Assembly: GCF_006345805.1 (NCBI RefSeq)
Contig: NC_043002.1
Coordinates: 4,650,001-4,714,000, forward strand
Direction of reading: 5' to 3'
From: Octopus sinensis
Taxonomy: Eukaryota
DNA: 64,000 bases
Below are positions 25,600 through 39,098 of this stretch, piece after piece. How positions within the stretch are numbered: the first letter of the stretch is position 1; every line of letters begins with the position of its first letter. The notes below the pieces were generated by a model. The model made no database searches, was not told the origin of the DNA, and was given only the letters and a program-made list of their open reading frames with translations. The translations under genes were made by a program, and so were the position numbers.

Positions 25600-26280
25600 G
25601 CGTAGAGAACAACTTGAAGCGAAGTAAAAGTGACAGAGGGAGGAGAAAGAAAGAAAGCAAGACACAGAGAGAGAAAGAGAGAGAGAGGAGAGAGAGAGAA
25701 CGCTGCAATGGACACAACTATAGAGAAATTGTGTCGTAAGAAGAGAAAGTTACGGAAATGGAAAGGGAGGAGGAGGAGAAGATGTACAGAGAAGGAAGGA
25801 AGGAGGGAAAAGGAAGGAAGGAGGAAGGGCGGGAGGAAGGAAGGAAGGATGGAAGGAAGGATGAAGGAATGAATGGAAGGAAGGAAGGAGGAAGGAAGGA
25901 AGGAGGAGGAAGGAATGGAGGAGGAAGGAAGAAAAGAAGAAGAAGAAGAAGAAGAAAATAAGAGAAGATAAGAAAAAGGAAAGAAAAGAAAGAGAAGAAG
26001 AAGGAAAAGAAAAGAAAAAAGGAGAAGAAGAAAAGAAGAAGAAGAAGAGAAGAAGAGAAGAAGAAGAAGAAGAAGATATAAGAAGAAGAAGAAGAAGGAG
26101 AAGAAGAAGAAAACTAAGCCAAGAAGACCTTTCCCGCCGTTGATGGTGTTCAGTTTGAAGTGGTATGGCTGACTGAATAAATCGATGAAGAACAGAAAAA
26201 GGAAGAGTGAGAGAATCGTTATAGGAGAGAGAGAGGGAGGAGAGTGAGAAAGAGAAAGAGAGAGAGAGAGAGAGTCCGGA
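25600..26280. repeat. ~700 bp polypurine (GAA/GGAA/GA) tract
   Basis: Directly visible. Confidence 0.9.
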
Positions 26281-26682
26281 ACACAAAAGCTAAAGGTCAC
26301 TTAATCGTTTATGATTGCGGATAACGATTGGCGAATGAAAAATGCAAAAGGTCAGATATGAGTGTATGACTTGTTCAAGTGCCTCCCACTACCACTTTCC
26401 ACAATCCGTTCTTGATTTATGGGTTTAAATAAAGCGCATGCGTATAGTGTTTGTCTATCACAAATAACACAAATGCGTGTTTAGATTGCTTGCTAAAAGA
26501 CTCAACAAGTTTAAGGTCACATGTTCTCAATAAAAGTCACATGATTTTTTCCTTTAGTTATGTTGTTGTTCAATTATTATTGTTGCCGTCGTTATTGTTG
26601 TTGTTATTGTTTCCTTGTGGTATTTTAGCTTCAGCTCGCTTTTACATTCTGAGTTCAAATTGATGGTATTTGTTCAGGTATA

Positions 26683-27250
26683 AGGCGGCGAGCTGGCAGA
26701 AACGTTAGCACGCCGGGCGAAATGCGTAGCCGTATTTCGTCTGCCGTTACGTTCTGAGTTCAAATCCCGCCGAGGTCAACTTTGCCTTTCATCCTTTCGG
26801 GGTCGATTAAATAAATACCAGTTACGCACAGGGGTCGATATAATCGACTTAATCCGTTTGTCTGTCCTTGTTTGTCTCCTCTGTGTTTAGCCCCTTGTGG
26901 GTAATAAAGAAATAGGTATTTCGTCTGCCGTTACGTTCTGAGTTCAAATTCCGCCGAGGTAAACTTTGTCTTTCATCCTTTCGGGGTCGATTAAATAAGT
27001 ACCAGTTACGCACTGGGGTCGATATAATCGACTTAATCCGTTTGTCTGTCCTTGTTTGTCCCCTCTGTGTTTAGCCCCTTGTGGGTAATAAAGAAATAAG
27101 TATTTGTTCTGGTTCATAACGTTCTGAGTTCACATATTACTGATGTTAACTTTACTTTTTATCCTTTCAGGAGTAGATAAAATAAATAGCAGTCAAATAC
27201 TGAGATCGATTAATCGACTAGCCCACTTCCCTAAAATTGCTAGCTTGGTT
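26683..27250 (+). mobile_element. Family C SINE dimer inserted in an older family C copy
   Basis: 184-bp internal tandem unit; TSD-like gtatttgttc(a/t)ggt at 26666-26679 and 27100-27113. Confidence 0.85.
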
Positions 27251-27269
27251 CCTATGATAAAAAAGAATC

Positions 27270-27645
27270 GTTGTTGTTGAGCGAACGGTCTTCGTCCCAG
27301 AGTTCGCAAGATGGGAGAAGTCCGAAACGTGGTCCTTTGCTATTCGTAAGACCCGCAGAAGAGAAAGCAGCTCAACCCCCGACACCGAAAGCATCGACGG
27401 ATGGATGAATGCGCATCCAGGCTCAGCGGTTGCGTAGGAAGTCGAGGACAAGAAACAGGAAGAAAGAGTGAGAGAAAGTTGGGGCCGAAAGAGTACAACA
27501 GGGGTCGCCACCACCCCCTGCCGGAACCTCGTAGAGCTTTAGGTGTTTTCGCTCAATAAACACACAACGCCCGGTCTGGGAATCGAAACCGCGATCCTCC
27601 GACAGCGAGTCCGCTGCCCTAACCACTGGGCCATTGCGCCTCCAC
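27270..27645 (-). mobile_element. Family B SINE with a distinct 3' module and (CAA)n end
   Basis: Head ggcgcaatggcccagtggttagggcagcggactcgc; the 3' part is unlike that of the 8425 copy. Confidence 0.85.
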
Positions 27646-28304
27646 TGTTGTTGTTGTTGTTGTTCACCATTAACGTAGAAAAGATGAGATGATCGCAGCC
27701 AGAAAGCCTTTATCATACTTCCACCCTATCCTTTACAGACACGACGGAAACAAATTGAGGAAAACCTGAAGTCGACCTCAGGCATATTAAGTCCAGCGCC
27801 ATGGAACGGAAAGCGTGGAATACCACCATCACAAGAGTCAGTCATCAAGTGGCATACACAGCAGCCTCCTTATCCTGTCACCAGCTAGGACTTTTACTTA
27901 ATTACTTACAGACCTGCGACTAATCAACAGGATTGTTTTTTCCTGAATTATCGAAGGGTGAGAGACAGACAACTGGTGATGTAGGCAATACCGGGAAAGG
28001 CATCAGCTCTCAGAATTCAGTAAGAAAATGTGTAGCAATTATAATTTCATCTACTTTCTTAGCTCATAAATTGACAAAGTCGACAACTCCTCGGAGTATA
28101 TAAATTGGGTACCAGTAATATTATGTTACTGATGTCTATTTTACAAACTCCAACAAATATAAAGATAACAAGGATCTGGTTAACAAGACAAGAGATCTAC
28201 GTTCGCACCCTGTTACAGGCATTGCACCATACCCAATATAGCTGACATCGGTTTACCTGTTAATTAAGCATTGTTGTTATTGTTATTATTATTATTATTA
28301 TTAT

Positions 28305-28662
28305 TATTACCTAGAGTGTGTAAGCGAAAACAGGGTATTGTAGTCGCTCGTCTTTGTCTGTTTGTCTGTGTGTTTGCGAAATTACTGGAAAACAGCTGAA
28401 CGGATTTTCACCAAATTTGGCAGAAATACTCCTTGGGTGAGTGGCTCGAACTCATTATTTTGGTTTGATCATCTTCAAAACTGGCGAACGGGTGGATCGA
28501 AATGTTTCTTTGCTTTGGTTACATAGGCATAAACGATAAGAATGGGAAATAATTCATGTAATTTTGTTGAAATATGAATTTGTCTGAGAATATTATTATT
28601 AAATTAAATCTTATTTTATCCTTGCGTGCGCGCAGGGTATGCATCGCCCCTCCAATGCCTTT
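28305..28662 (+). mobile_element. Helentron-associated (HINE/DINE-1-like) non-autonomous element
   Basis: TT-tacc start, cagggta inverted motif near both ends, internal (GTCT/GTTT)n, gaacggattttcaccaaatttgg core, terminal short hairpin and T-run. Confidence 0.55.
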
Positions 28663-28867
28663 TTTTCATCATTATTATTATTATTATAATTATTATTATT
28701 ATTATTATTATTGAGTGAGAGAGCAGTGCATGACATCAAATTGACACTGGGTAAAATATACGAAGCCCAGTAAACCCATCATGATTACGCGTCTGATAAG
28801 AGTACACCAGGCACATGCTTCACAACCATATGGGCACGACATGGTGATCCCATTCCAAGATAAACAG

Positions 28868-29060
28868 CGTTAGCACGCCGGGCAGAGTTATTAGCGACAT
28901 TTCGTCCGTCTTTATGTTCTGAGTTCAAATTCCGCCGTGGTCGACTTTGCCGTTCATCCTTTCGGAGTCGATAAAATAATTACCAGTTGAACGCTGGAGT
29001 CGATGTGATCGACAAACCCTCTTCTCCCAACTTTCTGGAATTGTGCCAAAATTTGAAAAT
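28868..29060 (+). mobile_element. Family C SINE, older tail type
   Basis: Core and aaatttgaaaat tail present. Confidence 0.75.
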
Positions 29061-29362
29061 AATATACGTTCCGAATCTATGTGTTCTGAGTTCAATTTCT
29101 GCCTCCCGTCACGAGCCTCGTTGTGAGGAAACACGTCCTTTGAGGCGCGCCTAGTAGTGACTGACTTTCTATGTTAGATGGAGAGGAATTCGCTGAGCAG
29201 CATCTCAGCCGTATCAATATGATTCAATGCGGACCATGGGCTAATGTGAACAAACGCAAGGACTGAAAGAGAGAGAGGGAGAAGAAGAAGAAGAAGAAGA
29301 AGAAGAAGAAGAAGAAGAAGAAGAAGAAGAAGAAGAAGAAGAAGAAGAAGAAGAAGAAGAAG

Positions 29363-29403
<41 letters not shown>

Positions 29404-30189
29404 AATCTGTAGAAACAATACAATCAATTAAATCCCTTCTCTTCAAAATTAAATCCTGCTTAGACAAAAAGAAACGGGTTATATAGCGCTCCATTGGTAA
29501 TTTGAATTTATTTACGATACCTATTTGTGACTAGGTGGACTAATCCAGCCGTCACTAAGTGCCTTGATATACTTGGACACAACGGGCGGCATCGTGCCAC
29601 TAATTATCCACACCTTTAGATTGCAGTCCGATAACTCTGTCATTTAAGCTAGTAGCAGCCCGACCAAAGCGGGAAGGTAGATAAATTATTTTTTCTTTTT
29701 TCTTTCTTTTTTTATTACTAAAGTCAACATAGCTTACTTTACTTCAATGGCGCTGAAGAGCGCTGCTTTTAAAGACTACAGAAAAGGCTGAGAGCATTGA
29801 CTGGATGTTGCCTTGGAGACGGTTCTGCGCCAGCTAATTAAACAGAACGGCTCTTGGCAAAGGTTAGAAGGATATTAACTTAAAGAGAGAATTTCTTTGG
29901 TAACGGTTCTTGGAGAGATAATTCAATTTTCTCTAAATGTTACCTAATCGCCTTTTCACTTCTCCTTTAATGTCGATTCTATTAGATTCCTTTGCTGGCT
30001 TTTCTCCAAACGTGCATGGCATAGAATTCTTAGAGAATCAGTAACTAACGCCGATATATTTTAATACAAATATATTTTATCTTCTTCCTTTTCTTCTATA
30101 TCTATTTGCTTCGTTAACTTATTTATATCGCTTTATATATGAGTATGTCGTTCTCTGTATTGTTCAGCCTATCTTATCTAGCTAGCTAG

Positions 30190-30502
30190 CCATATACATA
30201 CATACATACATACATACATGCATACATGCATACATACATACGTACATACATACATACATGCATACATGCATACATACATACGTACATACATACATACATG
30301 CATACATACATACATACATACATACATGCATACGTACATACATACATACATACATACATACATACATACATACATACATACATACATACGTACGTACATA
30401 CATACATACATGCATACATACATACATACATACATACATACATACATACATACATACATACATACATACATACATACATACATACATACATACATACATA
30501 CA

Positions 30503-30532
<30 letters not shown>
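30190..30532. repeat. (TACA)n tetranucleotide array
   Basis: Directly visible; source of the MYVC/YIHT ORFs. Confidence 0.95.
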
Positions 30533-30534
<2 letters not shown>

Positions 30535-30960
30535 GATTAATTTCAGCCGTAATATACTGTGTCCTACTTCATGATAGTAGTGCGTTGTATTCATTGTTTT
30601 TTTTAAGTGTATCTCTACAGATTTTTGTAATAATTATGACCAGCCCTGAAAGTTACGACGTTTCGTATACGAATAATTCTATGTAAACAATGTAATCAAC
30701 GATAAAAAAAAAGTATGTAATAGGTGTATATGCATATTTCAGGGGTTATTGCACTTTCTTCAGTGCCGCCACATCCAATACATTAATTATCCACAAATAC
30801 ATTGCTCAAATAGCCTCAAATCTTAGCGGTGTAGCACAATCGGGTAGACCAATTTTACATATTAAACACATTCCTAGCATCTGATGCGTACATATTAATT
30901 TCTGTTAGTGACACCATATTTTAGTATGCAACTTTAATATACAACCTAGTATATCAGAAA

Positions 30961-31190
30961 GGCGGCTAGATGGCAGAAACGTTAGCACACCAGGTGAAAT
31001 GCTTTGCAGTATTTCGTCTGTCGCGACGTTCTGAGTTCAAATTCCGCCGAGGTCGACTTTGCCTTTCATCCTTTCGGGGTCGATAAATAAAGTACCGGTT
31101 TCGCTCTGAGGGTCGATGTAATCGACTTAATCCCCTTGTCTGTCCTTGTTTGTCCTCTTTGTGTTCAGCCACTTGTAGGCAATAAAGAAA
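30961..31190 (+). mobile_element. Family C SINE with 20-bp TSD
   Basis: atatacaacctagtatatca at 30937-30956 and 31192-31211. Confidence 0.9.
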
Positions 31191-32649
31191 TATATACAAC
31201 CTAGTATATCAAAGGTTTTTAAGTCAATACTGCATCCTACTTTGTAATAGTTAATGAGTATATATGCATATCTCAGGAGTTATTATTTCTTCAGCACCAC
31301 ATCCAATGGATTGGTATACCAATAATTATAGGTACGAATTTCAACAACATAAATCAATAAGAAAAAGTAGTAAGTTTCGTAGTATTTTTCAATAAATATT
31401 CTCTTTCTCACAAATCTTCAATGAAGCACTGGCACTCACTTGGGAGCAGAGCCTTCTGCCTCCTATAAAAGTGCATAATATTTTCTTTCTATCCAAAACA
31501 ATTCAGATATGGCATTGCTGATATACACAACAGTCTAGACCGCATGCAAAAGAAAGTCTTCTAGCAGATTGGCAGGAACAAACTCACTCATTTTAACGTG
31601 TCAACCCAAAGATTCGCTGTCTCTGCTTCAACGATTCCAATGCTACCACAGCCTGCAATTTGAATGTCACTTCCACCGAAACAAATTTGTCACAGCCATC
31701 CTTCCTCCTATCCTCATCCATTCTGTTTCCTTCCCAGGCACCGTTATTATAATTTCTTCCAGTTCCATCTCTAAATTTTCCTTCATTTTCCTAACATGGG
31801 TCAATTTGCATCTGACCCCAGCTCGACATCGACCGCATCAATCTGACGAAACTCAGAGAGTCTGCGATGGTTTGAGGTATATTTTATGTCGTGCAACCGA
31901 AATTATTATAAAGAATATAGTTTCAATCGAACATTGAAAAGCGCATTACAACCTCATCTTTTCTCTTTCTCTTCGCCGCTTGACATTAGAATCTCTCTGG
32001 TTCTCCCCTTCCTCCTCCTCCTCCTCCTCCCCATCATCATCATCATCATCATCATCGTTGTCGTCGTCGTCATCGTCGTCGTCGTCGTTTTCTGTTGATA
32101 ACGAGGATGGTAGTCCATGTGTATGGTCTCATGTCGCAATATCAAAGGTTGATCGTACTTCTTAGATCTCTGTCGAAACCTGAAACCTATAGATCAAAAT
32201 TATCTGACGCCTACATTAAAGATGCTAACACACATCATCTCCTAAGTAAGCATCATCGATTTAATTTACTATACCCCTCCCCTACACACGCAATTCAAAA
32301 CTTATAACCCTCTGTCTAAGTTAATAAATAAATCTATTATGTAATCATTTACTTGCCCCAAACGCGATGCATATTAGATACTTTGGGTTATGTCCCTTTG
32401 CATTCTGAGAGCAAACCCTGCCGGCGTGAACTTGGCCATTTTTCATTCTTAATTCCCTAGAATTAGTACCGAAGTATCAGGATTGTTATAATCAACTGAA
32501 CCTCTTGATGGTGATGCCACAGTCCAATAATTGAAACTATTTTTTAAAAATATTTTCGGAGACGCAGTCAAGTCTATATATGGTTATGACTTCTGGTTCG
32601 CAACCACGTGATTCCAGCTTCAATCTTACTATATGCCAATTGTACAACT

Positions 32650-32862
32650 GGTTTCAAATTTTTGCACAACACCAGCAAGTTCAGGAGAGGGGTATAAGTC
32701 AATTACATCGACGCCAGTGCTGAACTGGTACCCATTTTATCGACCCTAAAAGGAGTGAAAGGCAAAGTCGACGTCGGCGGAACTTGAACTCAGTACATAA
32801 AGCAGTTTGGTCGGATGCAAAGAATTTTGGTTGGCTGCTAATGATTCTGCCAGCTCGCCACC
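32650..32862 (-). mobile_element. Family C SINE, older tail type
   Basis: Reverse-complement match from head (ggtggcgagctggcagaatc) to tail. Confidence 0.75.
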
Positions 32863-32925
32863 TTACTGTAAAATACTATTGCGTCATGGACACACTGCAA
32901 GAGTAATTTAGTTAACGGAAGAATT

Positions 32926-32984
<59 letters not shown>

Positions 32985-33751
32985 CAAGTGAATGAGACTG
33001 TGATTTTATTTATTTGCTTCTTAATTATCGCTTATCGTGATATCAGCCCTGATCTAATAGACTTACAATCAAGTAATTTCTCACTTTGAACTTCGTCATT
33101 TGTTTTTAAACATTGATGTAATGCTCATCATGCACACACGACCCTCTCCCGTCTCTCTCTTTCTCTGTCTCTGTCTGCCTGTCTCTCTCTCTCTCTCTCT
33201 CATTCTCGCTTTCTATTCTACTTTCAAGGGTTTCATTCGTGTGCATGCGACAATACTGTGGTACTGTTTCCAAGAGCTTTAGTCGCTTATTGGCCTTTTA
33301 TCAAGAATTTATCTGGTACTTATGAATGACATTGTTTGTCTAAGATAGGAAATGCAAAATGAACCTTTATGTAAGAGGAGATGATTCAGCCGGGCAAGTA
33401 TAATGCAGAATATGTCTGTTCGTCATACACCGTGTTATCTATGTCCAAAGGAAATGTCCGCTATTACGTTAGCGTCCATTTAGAATCGTATGAGATCGAA
33501 TAAGTATCAAATTAAGTACTGGGGTAAACTTAATCGACTAAGAACCCCTAACGAAGGTACTCCAGTATGGTCGCAATCAAATGAATGAAATCATAATAAA
33601 GATAAAGGGAAAAGATCAGTGAGGGAAGAATACTACATGTGTTTTTTTTAATTAATTAATTATCTTCATTGCAGGTCCGGAAACCAGAAGAACACACTGG
33701 ATAATGTACTCCTCTGTGAACTATGCTTAAAAATCAGATAAACCATAGTCA

Positions 33752-33982
33752 CCGGCGAGCTGGCAGAACCGTTAGCACGCCGGACGAAATGCGCAGCCGT
33801 ATTTCGTCTTCCGTTACGTTCTGAGTTCAAATTCCGCCGAGGTCGACTTTGCCTTTCATCCTTTCGGGGTCGATAAATTAAGTACCAGTTACGCACTGGG
33901 GTCGATGTAATCGACTTAATCCGTTTGTCTGTCCTTGTTTGTCCTCTCTATGTTTAGCTCCTTGTGGGTAGTAAAGAAATAG
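33752..33982 (+). mobile_element. Family C SINE with 10-bp TSD
   Basis: atagtcaccg at 33745-33754 and 33983-33992. Confidence 0.88.
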
Positions 33983-35269
33983 ATAGTCACCGTTAGAAAT
34001 TATTTGATCATAAATGCTACATCAGAAGTGATAGGAAGATAATCGATAACAACAACATCACTACGCCTGCTGCCATCAATACCACCATCAGTGGGAGACT
34101 GTTTCCTCTACCCGCTAGAATTAGAAGCCAAATGCCCTTCAAATCTTACCCTGCCGTCTTAGAAAAAGATACATTGACTTATGTGATCGCAAATCCCTCC
34201 GTAATTGGAAAAAGATCGTGGTTACAGCTAGAATGCTTTTGATCAGAGGTCTGCTTCAGCATAACTGACTTTGGGCGAAAAAGAAACAACAAAAAAATCG
34301 AACCAAGTAGCTAGCTGTTTCAATGTGGTTGGTTGATCTGTTAGCAATAGTAGCCAAATTTCCCTAACACTACTACCCCACGTTTTGTAAAACAGACAAA
34401 GGAACGTTGAGAAATTGATGTGGTTCTGGGTTCTGGGTTATACTCTACCTGAAATAAAGGTGGGTTGACTACGCCCGGAGCGCCTTTGATCATGGGCCTG
34501 CCTACACAATGTAGAGAGTTGACTTGCGGCTAATCAACAATAAAGAAAAAAAACATCTCTCTTGTATCCACCATTTTAAAATGTAGTTCGTGTCGTATCA
34601 CGTCAGTTAAAAATAGATCGTAAAGGGCCCGGATGGGAGTCGAAAGCTGTGATCAAAGATCTCCGTTACATAAGCGCTGGCTTTAGTTCGGCTAAGCTAT
34701 AACACCAAAACTAACTCAACAACAGCAAGTGACAGCAGATGAGGAAAGAAGCGAAACTTGCAGTGGGGTAAATTTTCCTCATCTATTGTTGCTTATTTTA
34801 TTTTATTTTCTCATTATTTCTTTTTATATCTATCTATTTATTTATTTGGATGCCAAACTTACGAGGTGGGTGGACCACAACAATGCAAATCTCGGGAAAA
34901 TTCTTAGAAACGACTCTAATTGTGTCAAGCAATTAGCAACATCGTTAGCGGCTGACAGTTTAAGCATCAATAAGTTTTCTAATTAATAAACAAATTAATT
35001 TCAGTAATTGGTTATATAAATGAAGTTAGATTAAAGATCTACTGGAAAAGCCGGCAAAATGAAGAATTTACCAATCAGAAGTAATGAGATTTTAATTAGA
35101 CGCATTATGTACATCGGGACTTCTTTAAACCCATCATCTAATCTGCAAAACAAACGACTTTCGTTTCATATACATACATACATACATACATACATACATA
35201 CATACATACATACATACATAATACATACATACATGCATGCATACATACATACATACATACATACAAACA

Positions 35270-35300
<31 letters not shown>

Positions 35301-36281
35301 TCACACACACACATCTATATATACACAGATACAAATATGCATATATGTACATTTATGTGTATAAGTGAGTGTATATGTATGTACGTATATATACTGGTAT
35401 TATGTGTGTGGTGTGTGTGTGTGTGTGTCTACACACACACATATACATGCATTCAAATATATGCACATACGCGTAAACAAAAATACACATACGTGCATTT
35501 ACAAACATGTACACATGAAAATATCCATATACACATACATATAGACATGTATATGGATAATATATACATACATTTGTATTTATATGTATGTATATGTATG
35601 TATGTACGTATGTATTACGTATGCATGTATGTATATATCTATGTACGTATGCATATATATATGTATGTACGTATGTATTATGTATGTATGTATGTATGTA
35701 TGTATGTATGTATGTATGTATGTATGTATGTACGTATGTATTACGTATGCATGTATGTATATATGTATGTATGTATATATGTATGTATGTACGTATGTAT
35801 TATCTATGTATGTATGTGAATAAGTGTGTATGTATATATGCATGTACGTATGTATGTATGTACGTACGTACATATGCATGTATGTATGTATGTATGCATG
35901 CATGTATGTATGCATATGTGTATGCATATGTGTATGTAAGTAGGTAAGTACATCGATTGGTCAGAACTAAGCTGGGATTTAATGTTTGATTGATTACCTC
36001 TCATGGTAATTATGATGCGCCGCGTCCGTGAATGTGTGTGTCTGCCTGTTGTATGCTACATGGGAGTCTGTCACACACTTCTGTTCACACACTGTATACA
36101 TGTGCCGCCAAGGCATTCCATACTCGCACTTTTTGGGTGGGGATATTTATTTTCAAGGCTAAACATTAAGGAGACAGATGTTTATTTCTCTGTGTGGGTT
36201 TCTCTGTGCGAAATGGCCTGTACCTGTCATTAAAGAGCATACGGTTGTGGCCATGAATAAATACATACATACTGAATATAT

Positions 36282-36686
36282 AGGCGCAGGGGTGGCTGTG
36301 TGGTAAGGACCTTGCTTACGAACCACATGGTCCCGGGTTCAGTCCCACTTCGTGGCATCTTGGGTAAGTGTCTTCTAATATAGCCTCGGGCCGACCAAAG
36401 CCTTGTGAGTGGATTTGGTAGACGGAAACTGAAAGAAGCCCGTCGTATATATATATATATATGTATATGTGTGCGTGTTTGTGTGTCTGTTTGTCCCCCC
36501 AACATCGCTTGACAACCGATGCTGGTGTGTTTACGTCCCCGTCACTTAGCGGTTCGGCAAAAAATAGACCGATAAAATAAGTACTAGGCTTACAAAGAAT
36601 AAGTCCCGGGGTCGATTTGATCGACTAAAGGCGGTGCTCCAGCATGGCCGCAGTCAAATGACTGAAACAAGAAAAAGAGTAAAGAA
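36282..36686 (+). mobile_element. Full-length family A SINE (tRNA head, CORE-like segment, internal microsatellite, CR1-like tail)
   Basis: Box A/B, cttgggtaagtgtcttc CORE-like segment, ends cagtcaaatgactgaaacaag. Near-identical copies at 49395, 57520 and 58098. Confidence 0.88.
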
Positions 36687-36997
36687 TATATGTATATATC
36701 CAGAATAGGAGAGAGAATTGAATTAAAATAGCCCACTACGTATCATACTTCGTGTATACATACTGTTCACAGGCCAGTTACTGCAGTATTTATCCCGAGG
36801 TAACAACCGTTATAGACTTGCTCTGTTAAGAACAATAAATATGAGCGAGGGAGACGAACATTCGTCGCTAGAGCGGCCAGCGAGAGCGCCATGTGCATTT
36901 CGGCCCATTTAGGACTTACACACCAGAAACACACACGCACGCACGCGCACACACAACACAAACACACACACCCAAACACACACACACAAATGCGCGA

Positions 36998-37029
<32 letters not shown>

Positions 37030-37164
37030 TTAATGAGAGAGTCGGAAGATGGAAGATACGAGAATGTTTATTGACCACTACAATTGTTTCGAACATCTAG
37101 CATCGATCCTTCACGGGTGGGATACTGAACGGCTGGTTTAGGAGTATCCGTCGGTGAAGACGTG

Positions 37165-37675
37165 GGTGACCGGTAAATTCCGCCGCGGTAAATTCCACCA
37201 CGAAAAATTTCACCACGAAAAATTCCACCACGAAAAATTCCACCACGAAAAATTACATTACGAAAAATTCCACCAGGTAAATTTTACCAGAGGTAAATTC
37301 CTCCACGCACTATGGTAAATTTCACCATAAATTATCATCATCATTATCAAATAATTATTTAGAAGGGCACCACAGTGCTTTGCGCTCATCACTAACATCC
37401 ACACATCCAAATTTGTGGAAACTACGCACTGCTCTTAAATCTGTGGAAGGATTAAGCCAGACAAAAACTACACACGTTCGACGTGGAGACTCAACAACAG
37501 CAAAAAAGACCTATTAAATTATTGATGCACGACTGAAGAAATTAGTTCAGGAATATCAAAATGGAAACCCTCTGTAATTTTTAAGAAGTATTGCATGGGT
37601 ATATTCTATCACGGTGTTTTCCACCATGGTAAATTCCACCCGCTAATAATCACCGTGGTCAGTTTCTCTAGACCG
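37165..37675 (+). mobile_element. MULE/Mutator-like remnant with 15-bp subterminal tandem array
   Basis: (aaattccaccacgaa)n at ~37175-37330, then LEGHHSALRSSLTSTHPNLWKLRTALK..DARLKKLVQEY..FLRSIA, typical of the MULE transposase C-terminus. Confidence 0.7.
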
Positions 37676-37737
37676 TGGGTCAATACCTTTGTTATTCAAT
37701 CTTTCTATCTCTCAAGTCTTAGGAAGAGAGAGAGAGA

Positions 37738-37989
37738 GGCGCAGGAGTAGCTGTGTGGTAAGTAGCTTGTTTACCAACCACATGGTTCCGGGTTCAGTCC
37801 CACTGCGTGGCACCTTGGGCAAGTGTCTTCTACTATAGCCTCGGGCCGACCAAAGCCTTGTGAGTGGATTTGGTAGACGGAAACTAAAAGAAGCCCGTGG
37901 TATATAAGTATAAATAATATATATATAGATATATATATATATATATATATATATGCGTGTGTGTGTTTGTGTGTCTGGTTTGTTCCCCT
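37738..37989 (+). mobile_element. Family A SINE cut by the assembly gap
   Basis: Intact head; stops at the N-run. Confidence 0.85.
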
Positions 37990-38089
37990 NNNNNNNNNNN
38001 NNNNNNNNNNNNNNNNNNNNNNNNNNNNNNNNNNNNNNNNNNNNNNNNNNNNNNNNNNNNNNNNNNNNNNNNNNNNNNNNNNNNNNNNN
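37990..38089. other. Scaffold gap (100 N)
   Basis: Exactly 100 Ns; true distance unknown. Confidence 1.
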
Positions 38090-38300
38090 TGGGCTAAAAC
38101 AACACAACAAACAACGAGAACAACAAGAATGCTAACCACTGTACTTACTAACTCACAATGTGACCACCACCATAAATAGGACATCTACGTGGTCGATTAT
38201 TCGACTAGAAAAAGCAGTGAAATCTCATTCTGGTCATCCTCTATCGATTTATAAAGAGGAAGAAGAGGAGGGATGCAATGCATAATGTTACCCTACATCC

Positions 38301-38338
<38 letters not shown>

Positions 38339-38699
38339 ACAAGACGGGATGGTCATAGCTGGAATTCCTCCTGTTCATCGGTTTACACGATTAGAACTGA
38401 GTTGTCTAGTGAAAATCAACAATAACAACATGAGCATCACACGCCCACGCCACCACCACCACTATCACTACCATCGCCATTCCTACAACAATAAAAACAA
38501 AGAACAAACCCCCAAAATGCCATTAATTCTTTCTAATTTTGGCACATGACCAGTCATTTCCAGGGAGGAGACAAGTCGATTACATCGATCCCGAAAGAAT
38601 AAAAGGGAGCCTCAGCAGCATTTGAACCCAGAACAAAAATTAATGTCATTAAACAGAAGTAACAATAACCCTTTCGACATGAAATAGTGGGGAAGCGTG

Positions 38700-39041
38700 C
38701 AAGTAAATGGTGTTGACTTCAATGTTCAGCCCGGTACTTAATTTACCAACTCCGAAAGGATGAAATGCAAAGTCAACCTGCGTGGAATTTGAATTCAGAA
38801 AGTAAAGACACGAAATACCTATTTCTTTACTATCCACAAGGGGCTGAACACAGAGGGGACAAACAAGGACAGACAAACGGATTAAGTCGATTATATCGAC
38901 CCCAGTGCGTAACTGGTACTTATTTTATCGACCCCGAAAGAATGGAAGAATTGAGGGATTTTGAACTCAAAACATAAAGACGGACGAAAAGTCGCAAAAC
39001 ATTTTTGCTCGGCATGCTAACGATTCTGCCAGTTCGCTGCC
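38700..39041 (-). mobile_element. Family C SINE composite (head + Tx1-like tail + second headless unit)
   Basis: Minus-strand tail gtaaagaaata is followed directly by ggtatttcgt, as in the other multimers. Confidence 0.75.
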
Positions 39042-39066
39042 TATTAATAATAATAATAATAATAAT

Positions 39067-39098
<32 letters not shown>

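Noticed and set aside
9983-29605. Shared 12-mer gtgccactaatt at 9983 and 29594
   Set aside because: Many chance 12-mer matches are expected in 64 kb, and this one does not extend.
36282-36360. tRNA genes at SINE heads (also 27570-27645, 58518-58592, 60866-60942)
   Set aside because: Box A/B present but they run into SINE bodies, occur in multiple copies and lack a clean cloverleaf.
37175-37330. CRISPR-like or iteron-like repeat array
   Set aside because: Contiguous 15-bp tandem units without spacers, adjacent to a MULE fragment in a eukaryotic context.
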